Assembly (NCBI GenBank): GCA_046735395.1
Contig: JBJKQR010000018.1
Location: 96,001-160,000 of the forward strand
Length of the DNA: 64,000 nucleotides
Direction: 5' to 3'
Origin: Fidelibacterota bacterium
GTDB taxonomy: Bacteria; Fidelibacterota; Fidelibacteria; Fidelibacterales; DSDE01
Shown: in pieces, positions 28,404-37,118 of the stretch
Layout of the letters: each line of letters opens with the position of its first letter
Position numbering within the stretch: the stretch's first letter is position 1
The notes under the pieces: model-generated
The model's database searches: none
What the model was told of the DNA's origin: nothing
The model's input: the letters and a program-made list of their open reading frames with translations, nothing else
Program-made: the position numbers and the translations under genes

Positions 28404-30219
28404 GGGACTGATTTTCCTCAGGGGTTTCCTGCGGCAGTGCGGCACTGCTGTCGCTCAGCATGCTTTCATTTATAATGCCTGTAAGTTTGATAATGCGTGA
28501 TTTACTGTCCTCGGCATAGGACGTTTGCGGGAAACTGTCGGCCACTACCTGGTAATAATATAGCGCGCTGTCGAGGTCATTCAGACCGCTGTCATAGATC
28601 CAGGCCAGATAATGCCAGCTCTGGGCCAGACTCAGAGTATCCCGAAGCTGGGGAATCAGCGCCATGAACTGTCGGATCAGTGTGTGGGATTCTGTGGAAT
28701 CAGCGGTGGATTCGATATGATATACTTTTTTCTGATCCTCTTCGCGAATAGCTTGGGGTGAAAATTCCTTTCCTGAGGCGTATGCAGTATATGGAGAATC
28801 CGGATATCGTGAAATGAGTTCGTTGATCAGGCTGTCTGCCCGGAGTGTGTCACCCAGCTCCGTTCTGTTCAGGAAAGCCCTGGCATAAAGGAGCCATGGC
28901 AGTTTTCGGGAAAAGGGAAAATCGCGTTCAATATTTCTGTAAATTTTTAGGCTTGAATCATGGAGGGAAAAGGTAAAGGAAAGTATTTCTGCCTGATTTG
29001 CCAGCTCGGTCACGTATTTTTCCGCATCCACTTTATACGATTCGAGTTGAAGCGCTGCAGCACTGTCAATTGCGGCACTGTCCAGCAGACTTTCATAATA
29101 AGAAAGAGGGCTATCTTTAAGCTGATGGGTTTTTCTCTCAAGCTGGATCAGATGTGACCGCTGACCGGAAAATTGCATAATGGTCTTGAGCCGGTTCTTG
29201 CTTTCTCCCGCCTCGAAGGAATTCTTGTCATTGCGGATACAGGAATTGTAGTATTCCTGAGCTTTCAGCAGGTCCCCGCGCAGATAGAGTTCCATTTCGC
29301 CGATTCGAAAGCCGGCGACAGACGCCTGAAGGGTATTGGGGTACTCCTCAATAATGCTTTTATTTCGCTCTATTGCCCGGTCAATGTCTCCCAGATTGCG
29401 GTAAATTTCCGCGAGTTCGAGGTTCAGGTCCGGATACAGTGTCTGGTATTTTTCATCCACGAGCATTTCTTTTATGATGTTTTCGGAGGCAGCGTAGTTT
29501 TTTTCCAGCCGGTACACTTTTGCATAGAGCAGCTGGGCTTTGGCCCGTAATTCCCGGTTTACGCTGAGTTCCCGGACCTGATCCAGCTCCTGTAAGGCCT
29601 GGTCCATTCGATCGGTATTGATGAGATGATTGGCATATTCGTAATATAGTTCAGCTTTGCGCTCCTTATCTTTAATGATCGTCACCGCTTTCTGGTAGGC
29701 CGTATCTGCCAGGGCCATATTCCCTTCTTCGACAGCGAGTTGAGCGTAGAGAATCATGGCATCCCCGATGTAATCGGTATTGCGCGGATCTTCGGTAAAG
29801 GTCTCCAGGAGTGAAAATGCCAGTTTCTTTTCATTATTCATATAATTGCAACGTGCGATCCAGAGCATGGCTTCCTGATAATAGGGAGACTGGGGAAATT
29901 CAATAGTCAGGCGCCGGAACATTTTGCGGGCTACAATATATTTTTCCAGTCGGTAATTGGACACCGCGTAAATATACATGGAATTATCCACCCATTTGGA
30001 GTCGGGGAAATTTTCGATCACTTTCTGTGACTTGGCAATGGCGGATTCATAATCCTGGGTCAGCTGACGGGGAAATTTCCTGTTTTCATCCAGCTTCCGG
30101 TAGGTGTCTTCCGCACCTTTGAATTTTTCCTGGGCATTGTAAAAAGTATTAAAATACGCGCAGCCCGCCGAGAAGAGGTACAAGGACAGCGCTGCTGAAA
30201 GGAATAGTTTTTTTTGCAC
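28396..30219 (-). CDS. TPR-repeat lipoprotein
   Basis: Lipobox SAGC followed by AYFNTFYNA; repeated helical TPR-like units (FPDSKW, FPQSPY, YPNT, YPDSPY). Confidence 0.85.
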   Translation of the reverse strand: MQKKLFLSAALSLYLFSAGCAYFNTFYNAQEKFKGAEDTYRKLDENRKFPRQLTQDYESAIAKSQKVIENFPDSKWVDNSMYIYAVSNYRLEKYIVARKMFRRLTIEFPQSPYYQEAMLWIARCNYMNNEKKLAFSLLETFTEDPRNTDYIGDAMILYAQLAVEEGNMALADTAYQKAVTIIKDKERKAELYYEYANHLINTDRMDQALQELDQVRELSVNRELRAKAQLLYAKVYRLEKNYAASENIIKEMLVDEKYQTLYPDLNLELAEIYRNLGDIDRAIERNKSIIEEYPNTLQASVAGFRIGEMELYLRGDLLKAQEYYNSCIRNDKNSFEAGESKNRLKTIMQFSGQRSHLIQLERKTHQLKDSPLSYYESLLDSAAIDSAAALQLESYKVDAEKYVTELANQAEILSFTFSLHDSSLKIYRNIERDFPFSRKLPWLLYARAFLNRTELGDTLRADSLINELISRYPDSPYTAYASGKEFSPQAIREEDQKKVYHIESTADSTESHTLIRQFMALIPQLRDTLSLAQSWHYLAWIYDSGLNDLDSALYYYQVVADSFPQTSYAEDSKSRIIKLTGIINESMLSDSSAALPQETPEENQSHE

Positions 30220-30232
30220 TCGATATGATCCT

Positions 30233-30973
30233 TCAGTTTAATAATTCTCTGAATTTTTTAAGCAGAACCGGCATGATGTCACCGGCAGCTCCGGCAAAAT
30301 GTGCAGTGGCATAGGAGCTGAGTTCGGTCCTTTCCGGGTTGATTTCAATGAGAGCCGCACCGTGCTGCAGAGCCGCGAGAGGGAGGGCTGCCGCAGGATA
30401 CACCACCGAACTGGTTCCGATTGACAGGAACAGGTCAGAATGGACTGCGGCTTCCTGCGCCTTCTGAAGCGTTTCCGGATTCAGCATTTCACCGAACCAT
30501 ACGATATCCGGCCGGATGGCTGCACCGCAGGAACAAACCGGAGCTGTCTTTTCTTCAGGAGGGTATTGAATGTCGTAGCGTATCCCACAGTGACTGCAGA
30601 TATTTTTCTCAATATTTCCATGAAGCTCCAGTATCCTTCGGCTTCCCGCACGTTCATGCAGGCCGTCCACATTCTGTGTGATGAGGGTTAAACGTGGGAA
30701 CAGGCCCTCAAGTTCCGCGATGGCCAGATGCGCCGCATTGGGACGGGCTTTTCGAACTATTGTCCGGCGAAACTGATACCATTCCCATACCAGATCGGGA
30801 TTTCTGCGAAATGCCTCCGGATTGGCAAGTTCTTCGGGACGGTAGGTCTTCCAGAGTCCGTCTTCACCTCTGAAGGTGGGAATACCGCTTTCCCGGCTGA
30901 TGCCGGCACCCGTGAGAACGGTGATCTGCGCATTTTTCTGAATGCGGCCGGTGATGTCAGTTGGGATCAGCAT
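30233..30973 (-). CDS. cobB: NAD-dependent protein deacylase, sirtuin class III
   Basis: LTGAGISRESGIPTFRG, WEWYQFRR, TQNVDGLH, LHG, zinc Cys pairs, RPDIVWFGE, GTSSVVYPAA. Confidence 0.95.
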   Translation of the reverse strand: MLIPTDITGRIQKNAQITVLTGAGISRESGIPTFRGEDGLWKTYRPEELANPEAFRRNPDLVWEWYQFRRTIVRKARPNAAHLAIAELEGLFPRLTLITQNVDGLHERAGSRRILELHGNIEKNICSHCGIRYDIQYPPEEKTAPVCSCGAAIRPDIVWFGEMLNPETLQKAQEAAVHSDLFLSIGTSSVVYPAAALPLAALQHGAALIEINPERTELSSYATAHFAGAAGDIMPVLLKKFRELLN

Positions 30974-32051
30974 AAGGCTTGCATTGACCGTTATTCATTG
31001 TATAGACGATTCGGCTTCCCTTTGCAAAGGGATTCCCGTCGAAGATGAGCATGGACGCAGCTGCGTTCACAGAAAGCGGCTCGGGAGAGGAGGGTCCTTC
31101 GTAAAACCGGTTTACATTCCGGCTCATGATGTCGAGAACGGGAAGGGTGGGATGGCTGCGGAGGATGGTCTGCCAGTTCCGGCAATCCCGAATGAGAATC
31201 CTGTCCGTGGGCAGCGTGCAGGACCCTGTACCCGCATAGTTGAAATAGGCCGGGAAATCAGGGAAGATGAAAAAACAGTCCGGGTTCAGGGTAATATCCG
31301 ACAGGAGGCTGTCGGAAAAGGGAAAGAAGAAGGCCATTTTATCAGCTGAAACCAGGCTGTCCCGAACAGTAAGATCCGTCCGGGCCCCCGGGCTGAAATA
31401 TCTGCAGATTTGGAGATGGGACCGGCTGGCACTCAACCAGGCATGTTTCAGGGAAGATCCGCTGAAAATATCAGTTGAATAGGGGATTGACGCGTCATCC
31501 TGAGCGAAAAAAATATATTGTTTCAGGGATTGGTAAAAGCGTTCGAAATCATGCCAGGCGGCATCGGGGACGTCGAAAAGGACAGGTCTCAGTGTTTTGT
31601 CATTTGATCCGGGAAGGTATTTTACAACCAGTGCGGGCGAGGATGAAAGGGGATTGTAGTGGAGATAGATGGACTGTGCCTCACAGCCCCGGGCTTTACG
31701 GATGCGGGTCAGTAGCGTGTCATCAATGAGACATTCGGTATTGACGGGCCCGCTCAGCAGACTGTCATCGGTGGTCTGGACGAACTGCAGGGGCAGGGAA
31801 AGGGCGGGAACAGCCCAGAAATTTGAAAAATCAATACTGAAGGGCAGATCGTCCTGCCCGGGTTTCTGAAGATCCAGAATCACGCCACCCTTGACTTGTA
31901 GATACAATGGCCCTTGAAAATGGTTGGATCCGGTATAGATATGGCCGATCAGGTAATGCTCGAATACCGGCGGCTCAGCTGCAGTCAGGGACAGGATTGA
32001 TCCCATGACGGCGATGGCAGCGAGGATTTTAATAACCCGTTCAGCAGCCAT
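30957..32051 (-). CDS. Secreted, degenerate amidohydrolase-fold-like protein
   Basis: Signal peptide from ATG 32051; GHIYTG..VKGGVI..IDFSNFWAVPAL and C-terminal LSVNAAASMLIFDGNPF..IVYTMNNG resemble the amidohydrolase beta-sandwich; no HxH. Confidence 0.5.
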   Translation of the reverse strand: MAAERVIKILAAIAVMGSILSLTAAEPPVFEHYLIGHIYTGSNHFQGPLYLQVKGGVILDLQKPGQDDLPFSIDFSNFWAVPALSLPLQFVQTTDDSLLSGPVNTECLIDDTLLTRIRKARGCEAQSIYLHYNPLSSSPALVVKYLPGSNDKTLRPVLFDVPDAAWHDFERFYQSLKQYIFFAQDDASIPYSTDIFSGSSLKHAWLSASRSHLQICRYFSPGARTDLTVRDSLVSADKMAFFFPFSDSLLSDITLNPDCFFIFPDFPAYFNYAGTGSCTLPTDRILIRDCRNWQTILRSHPTLPVLDIMSRNVNRFYEGPSSPEPLSVNAAASMLIFDGNPFAKGSRIVYTMNNGQCKPYADPN

Positions 32052-33069
32052 GCCGTTCCCTGCCTGAAATAACGACTTTCTGTACGATGGAGCGCAGCGA
32101 AAAGGGAAAGGTGGAAAAGAGGGCGAATTGTGCGGGAGCGCCGGCTTCGATGAGGCCGGTGTCGAAGTAGCGCGAAAAAAACTGATTGGGAATAACGGTA
32201 TAGAGCTGGAGTATCTGTTCATCCGTATAGGTCTGTTTCTGCCGATTGTTGAAATAGGTCAGGCTTTCCCAGAAGCTGGTGAAGCGTGGCATGAGGATAA
32301 GGAATTCATCATTGTAATCGAGGAAGCTGTCTCCGCCCACATCCTGCAGATCGCCCTTCAGATAGGCGGACGCGTTTCGGAGGTCAACGAGAAATACGGC
32401 GTTGGGAAAGGTGGCGGAACGGAGCAGCTCAGGAGAGCTGTGAACAATGGCACGGCAGGGAAAGCGCTCCATGAAATCAGCGGTTAGCTTCAGACGCCGT
32501 TTATCGTCAATTCTGAACCACAGCATGAGCTGGTCCCGATCCAGCTGACGCATCTGTTTTACAGGGATGGATCCGGGCCAGGGAAGGGGCAGGGAGTCAG
32601 GAAAATCAGGCAGAGCATGATAGGCTTCCATATTATCCTGAAAGCGGGTGAATTCCCGATAAAAATTCAGGGGTTCAGGCTGTGAAAAGTCGAGATACCG
32701 GGCAACCAGCGTATCAATGAATCCGATTTTTCGCGCATAGATGAGATGATCCGTTTTGTAGAGGTAGGTTCCGATTCCCCGGCTGAGCAGCAGACTGTCC
32801 AGATGGGGAAGGTTGTTTCCATCGTAGAGATTGAGATCAGACAGAAGGGGCGTGAGGTGAGGCAGCCATTCGCCGCCTGGCGCGTCGCTGTCAGGGCCCA
32901 GATCGGTGATTTCGAGGATACTGCTGCTGTCATACAGAACCGCCGCATAGGGCAGAACGGTTCCTGTGCCGCTGTGGACGTAGGCAGATATTTCCTGGGT
33001 CTGTCCCATACCCAGCAAGACATATCCCGATGTCAGCAGTATACAGTGTGTAAATACCCGTCGCAGCAT
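32041..33069 (-). CDS. Secreted, degenerate amidohydrolase-fold-like protein
   Basis: Signal-like N terminus; C-terminal TVIPNQFF..TGLIEAGAPAQFALFSTFPF..VQKVVISG resembles the amidohydrolase C-terminal motif; no HxH. Confidence 0.5.
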   Translation of the reverse strand: MLRRVFTHCILLTSGYVLLGMGQTQEISAYVHSGTGTVLPYAAVLYDSSSILEITDLGPDSDAPGGEWLPHLTPLLSDLNLYDGNNLPHLDSLLLSRGIGTYLYKTDHLIYARKIGFIDTLVARYLDFSQPEPLNFYREFTRFQDNMEAYHALPDFPDSLPLPWPGSIPVKQMRQLDRDQLMLWFRIDDKRRLKLTADFMERFPCRAIVHSSPELLRSATFPNAVFLVDLRNASAYLKGDLQDVGGDSFLDYNDEFLILMPRFTSFWESLTYFNNRQKQTYTDEQILQLYTVIPNQFFSRYFDTGLIEAGAPAQFALFSTFPFSLRSIVQKVVISGRERHGC

Positions 33070-33075
33070 TCTCTG

Positions 33076-33104
33076 AATTTAGAATAATTAATGATTTACG
33101 GCAA
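33076..33104 (-). promoter_or_regulatory. Putative promoter giving a leaderless transcript from ATG 33069
   Basis: Minus strand TTGCCG-N17-TAAATT-N6-ATG; no SD. Confidence 0.6.
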
Positions 33105-33263
33105 GGTTAAGCCTGATGAGCCGGAAGAAATCCGTCACTTTTTCGCAATGAAAGGCGATCATTTTTCCCTTGGAACCGGGATTCGGTTAATAAAACAGTA
33201 AAAACGGGAGAAATCAGGGGTACGCGTCCATGCATCTGTCATACTTATAACCTAATTATTTTC

Positions 33264-33292
33264 TTGATGAAAGGGTGAATCTCTGTTAAAAT
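33264..33292 (+). promoter_or_regulatory. Putative sigma70 promoter with extended -10
   Basis: TTGATG-N17-TAAAAT with TG at 33284-33285. Confidence 0.6.
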
Positions 33293-33319
33293 CCGGGTAA
33301 AAATCGGATAGGAGACGCT

Positions 33320-34024
33320 ATGAGGTGGATATTCCTGCTCATGCTTGCTCTGTCCCTGAACGGAGGAGAAAAGCAGATGAAGGCTGAAGAATTTTTAAAA
33401 TCCCTGCATTGGCTGGGGCACGATTCGTTCCGTATTGATTATGGCGGAACGGTCATATACATTGATCCCTGGCAGATCAGACAGGGGCCGAAGGCGGATC
33501 TGATCTTTGTGACGCACGGGCATTCGGATCACTGTGATCCCGAATCCATTGCCGCGCTGAGTGACTCGGAAACTGTCGTGATTGCACCGGCTACGGTAAA
33601 AGGAAAGCTTAGCGATAATACTGTTAAATGGGTGGAGCCGGGTGATACGCTGATTCTGGACGGAGTGGAATGTGTCTGTGTGCCGGCTTATAATACCAAT
33701 AAATTCCGGGCGCCCGGCCAGGCCTTTCACCCGCGTGAGGATCGGAATACGGGATATGTGCTGAATTGCGGTGGCGTGAGCCTCTACCATAGCGGTGATA
33801 CGGATGTGATTCCGGAGATGGCCGATGTGAACTGTGATATTGCCCTTCTTCCGGTAAGCGGGATTTATGTGATGACCCGGGACAAGGCCCTGGAGGCGGT
33901 AAACGAGATCGAACCGTTGCTGGCCATTCCCATGCATGTGGGACGTGGGATCGGCTCCCCGGAGGACGCGGAATATTTTGTGAAGAAACTGGGCGATAAA
34001 GGCCGGCTGCTGCCCATGGAGTAG
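33320..34024 (+). CDS. MBL-fold metallo-hydrolase
   Basis: WLGHDSF, IDP, THGHSDH, YHSGDT, AIPMH. Confidence 0.92.
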   Translation: MRWIFLLMLALSLNGGEKQMKAEEFLKSLHWLGHDSFRIDYGGTVIYIDPWQIRQGPKADLIFVTHGHSDHCDPESIAALSDSETVVIAPATVKGKLSDNTVKWVEPGDTLILDGVECVCVPAYNTNKFRAPGQAFHPREDRNTGYVLNCGGVSLYHSGDTDVIPEMADVNCDIALLPVSGIYVMTRDKALEAVNEIEPLLAIPMHVGRGIGSPEDAEYFVKKLGDKGRLLPME

Positions 34025-34115
34025 AGGAAATCAGACCGCCCTGGTCAAATCAGCTGATATTATAAATTAACTATATTGCTAATAATGAGAAATAATTCAG
34101 ATTAAAATATTTGGA

Positions 34116-35420
34116 TCAGGATGTTCTCTCCCTGAAGAATGCGTGCTGTCCGGGGTCAAAATCCAGAGGGATGCGCACGTCTCCCGCACCGCCGTGAGCG
34201 CTGTCCAGTTCGGATCCCTTATCATCCAGAATACGGGAAAGAATGAGTTGTTCGGTGCGGTCCGGCAGGAGCACATCCACCTTCATGCCCGGCAGGATGC
34301 GGTTTTTAACGGTTATTGTAGCCAGGCCTGAGTGCGGGTCCCAGGATTTGAGCACGCCGACGACCCGGTGCGTGCTGTCGGCGCTGTAGCCGTCTTCGAA
34401 ATTTTCACCGAATTGCCGGGGATTGCGGGTGTAAAATCCGGTGGTATAGGTGCGGGAAGACAACGCCATGAGGTCCCGCAGATTTTCGGGGTCAAATGGC
34501 TTTCCGTTGGCGAGATTATCCAGTGCCTGTCGATAGGAGCGGGCGACCATTGCGACATAGTAGGCTGATTTGGTGCGGCCCTCCGCTTTCAGGCTGCAGA
34601 TCCCGGCATTCAGGATATCGGGAAGCAGTTCAATGGCGCAGAGATCGCGGGAATTCATGATATAGGTTCCGAATTCGTCTTCACTGATGGGGAACTTATC
34701 TTCCGGCCGGAAGGATTCACGGAGGTAAAATCCGCTTGCAGGCAGGTCTTCAATTCTTTCAAGGGGTGCCTGGCCTGCTTCCACATCCCGGATGCTGCCC
34801 TTTTCATAGCCCAGTTTGTATTCCCAGCGGCAGCTGTTGGTGCAGGTTCCCTGGTTCGCATCGCGGTGATTCAGATAATTGGAGATGAGACAGCGGCCGG
34901 AATAGGCGATGCAGATGGCGCCGTGCACAAAGGCTTCCAGTTCAATATCCGGGACTTCCTCATGCATTTTCGATATTTCGTCCAGCTTGAGTTCACGGCT
35001 GAGGATAATGCGTCGAACGCCCAGATCCTGCCAGAAACGGACGCTCATCCAGTTTGTGGTATTGGACTGGGTGCTGAGATGCACCGGAATGGAGGGATGG
35101 CGACGAACGGCTTCCCGGATAAGTCCGGGATCTGTCATGATGAAGGCATCCGGCTGCAGCCCGGCAACCCGGTCAAGTTCCCGTAGGAAAGCATCCACTT
35201 TCAGGTTGTGGGCGTAGATATTCATGGCCAGATAGATTTTCCCGCCCAGCTCGTGGCTGCGGTCCACGGCATCTTTCAGCGAATCAGGGCGGAAACCGAT
35301 CTCACGGGTGCGGAGTGAAAAGGCTGGGACGCCGGCATAAACCGCATCCGCGCCGTAGGCAAAGGCTGTCTCCAATTTTTCCATGTCCCCTGCAGGCAGG
35401 AGCAGCTCAGGCTTTTTCAT
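34116..35420 (-). CDS. trhP: U32-family tRNA hydroxylation protein (TrhP/YegQ-like)
   Basis: PELLLPAG, YGADAVYAG, HLSTQ, ILSREL, HGAICIAYSGRC, CTNSCRW, KAEGRTK. Confidence 0.88.
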   Translation of the reverse strand: MKKPELLLPAGDMEKLETAFAYGADAVYAGVPAFSLRTREIGFRPDSLKDAVDRSHELGGKIYLAMNIYAHNLKVDAFLRELDRVAGLQPDAFIMTDPGLIREAVRRHPSIPVHLSTQSNTTNWMSVRFWQDLGVRRIILSRELKLDEISKMHEEVPDIELEAFVHGAICIAYSGRCLISNYLNHRDANQGTCTNSCRWEYKLGYEKGSIRDVEAGQAPLERIEDLPASGFYLRESFRPEDKFPISEDEFGTYIMNSRDLCAIELLPDILNAGICSLKAEGRTKSAYYVAMVARSYRQALDNLANGKPFDPENLRDLMALSSRTYTTGFYTRNPRQFGENFEDGYSADSTHRVVGVLKSWDPHSGLATITVKNRILPGMKVDVLLPDRTEQLILSRILDDKGSELDSAHGGAGDVRIPLDFDPGQHAFFRERTS

Positions 35421-35426
35421 GGCGGA

Positions 35427-35455
35427 AGTTTAGGGCCAATTCACCTGAGGCGCAA
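35427..35455 (-). promoter_or_regulatory. Putative promoter giving a leaderless trhP transcript
   Basis: Minus strand TTGCGC-N17-TAAACT-N6-ATG; no SD. Confidence 0.6.
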
Positions 35456-35513
35456 GGGAAAAGCGGGTGGTTGGTCCTGAGAGCGGCAGGAAACTTATAT
35501 TATAAATTGAAAA

Positions 35514-36311
35514 TTATTCGGGAAAGGCGGAAGAATTTCGGGAAAGTAATTCGTAAAGTGTGATAAATGCCTCCAGAGAAAGTGCTTCGGGGCGGAGCTG
35601 CCAGTTAAACTGTGAGTCCAGTTCCGGACTGTACCATTTTTTCAGGCTGTTGCGAAGCGTTTTCCGTCGCTGGTTGAAGGCGGTGCGGATAAGGGTATGA
35701 AAGGCGGCACGGTCTGTAACACGGGGATCTGTTTTCCTGTGAAAATCGATGGAGAGCAGGACGCTCTGGATTTTCGGCCGGGGAGTGAAGACTTCAGGTG
35801 GGATGATGAATTCCATTTTTGCATCACCGTAAAAAGCCGTATAAACGGAAAGAATGCCATAGGTTCTGGAGCCGGGCCCGACGACCACGCGATCGCCCAT
35901 TTCCTTCTGCAGCATGATGACGGCACGATCTATATTCTGATGATCCTCGAACATTTTGAGCAGGATCTGAGAAGATATATTATAGGGCAGATTGCCGACG
36001 ACAAGGTTCACCGGAAGCAGCGAAGACCAGTCAAAGCGCAGAATATCGGCTTCCGTGATGGAAAAATTCTTTTCGCGGCCGTAGCGTGTTCCGAGGGTCT
36101 GGCAGAGCTGGGTGTCATACTCGATGCAGTGGAGGCGGCAGCCGCTGTCGATCAGGCCTTCCGTAATCGCGCCCCGTCCCGGGCCGATTTCGATGACGGA
36201 CTGCTCCGGGCCGGCATGAATAGTCTGCAGAATTCGCTGTATGATGCCGCTGTCCGTAAGAAAATTCTGTCCCAGAGACTTTTTTGCCCTGTTGGGTCCT
36301 GCATATTTCAT
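35514..36311 (-). CDS. rsmA: 16S rRNA adenine dimethyltransferase
   Basis: KKSLGQNFL, EIGPGRG, GNLPY, MLQKE, FNQRRKTLRN. Confidence 0.96.
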   Translation of the reverse strand: MKYAGPNRAKKSLGQNFLTDSGIIQRILQTIHAGPEQSVIEIGPGRGAITEGLIDSGCRLHCIEYDTQLCQTLGTRYGREKNFSITEADILRFDWSSLLPVNLVVGNLPYNISSQILLKMFEDHQNIDRAVIMLQKEMGDRVVVGPGSRTYGILSVYTAFYGDAKMEFIIPPEVFTPRPKIQSVLLSIDFHRKTDPRVTDRAAFHTLIRTAFNQRRKTLRNSLKKWYSPELDSQFNWQLRPEALSLEAFITLYELLSRNSSAFPE

Positions 36312-37084
36312 GATGGGCTCGCTGTCATATCATTCAGTCCGAAAAAACGGTGAGCGGACTCCGCGCAGATCCGGGCCACGTCTTCAAAGGGTGTCTGGAA
36401 GAGTTCGGAATATTTACGGGCAACTTCCTTCACCATGAAGGGTTCGCAGGTCTTTCCCCGCCAGGGTTTGGGGGCCATGAAGGGGGAATCGGTCTCCAGC
36501 ATGAGCCGGTCAAGGGGAAGGGCCGCCGCGATGGCAGCCACATCGGCGGCAAAGGTGATGACATTGGTGAAGGAGATAAGCGCACCCCGGTCCAGCAGTT
36601 CCTGCGCAAAGGACAGTGACCCGGTGTAGCAGTGGGCCTGAAGGCGAAAATATTTCCCCGCATCCAGCGCTTCCCGCACCGCATCATCAGCCTGACGCCC
36701 GTGAACGATCATGGGCAGATCCAGATCAGACGCAAGGGCGATCTGATCCCGGAATGTGGACATCTGCAGATCCGCCGGAGCATAGTCACGGAAAAAATCC
36801 ATCCCGATCTCACCGATGGCCACGACTTTGGGATGGCGGGCCAGTTCTTCCAGAATACGAAGATAATCATCGGGCTTGTCTGCACAATCATGCGGATGAA
36901 TACCGACGGCCGCATAGACCTCCGGATAACGGTCCGCGAGGAGTATTGCCTTTTCACTACTGGCAATATCGATACCCGGAACGATAATGGTTCCGACACC
37001 GCTTTCACGGGCCCTGTCAATGTAGGGATCACAGTCCTGGTAAAATGGATCAAAATTCAGATGAGCGTGAGTATCTGTCAGCAT
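36308..37084 (-). CDS. tatD: TatD-family nuclease
   Basis: DTHAH, GIHP, AIGEIG, HC, LETDSP. Confidence 0.93.
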   Translation of the reverse strand: MLTDTHAHLNFDPFYQDCDPYIDRARESGVGTIIVPGIDIASSEKAILLADRYPEVYAAVGIHPHDCADKPDDYLRILEELARHPKVVAIGEIGMDFFRDYAPADLQMSTFRDQIALASDLDLPMIVHGRQADDAVREALDAGKYFRLQAHCYTGSLSFAQELLDRGALISFTNVITFAADVAAIAAALPLDRLMLETDSPFMAPKPWRGKTCEPFMVKEVARKYSELFQTPFEDVARICAESAHRFFGLNDMTASPS

Positions 37085-37118
37085 GACATCATCCGGTTTT
37101 GAATTGAAATGTATAAAA

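Noticed and set aside
33113..33160. Hammerhead ribozyme (CTGATGA core, GCC/GGC stem)
   Set aside because: The required GAAA after stem II is absent (GATC instead) and stems I and III are not evident
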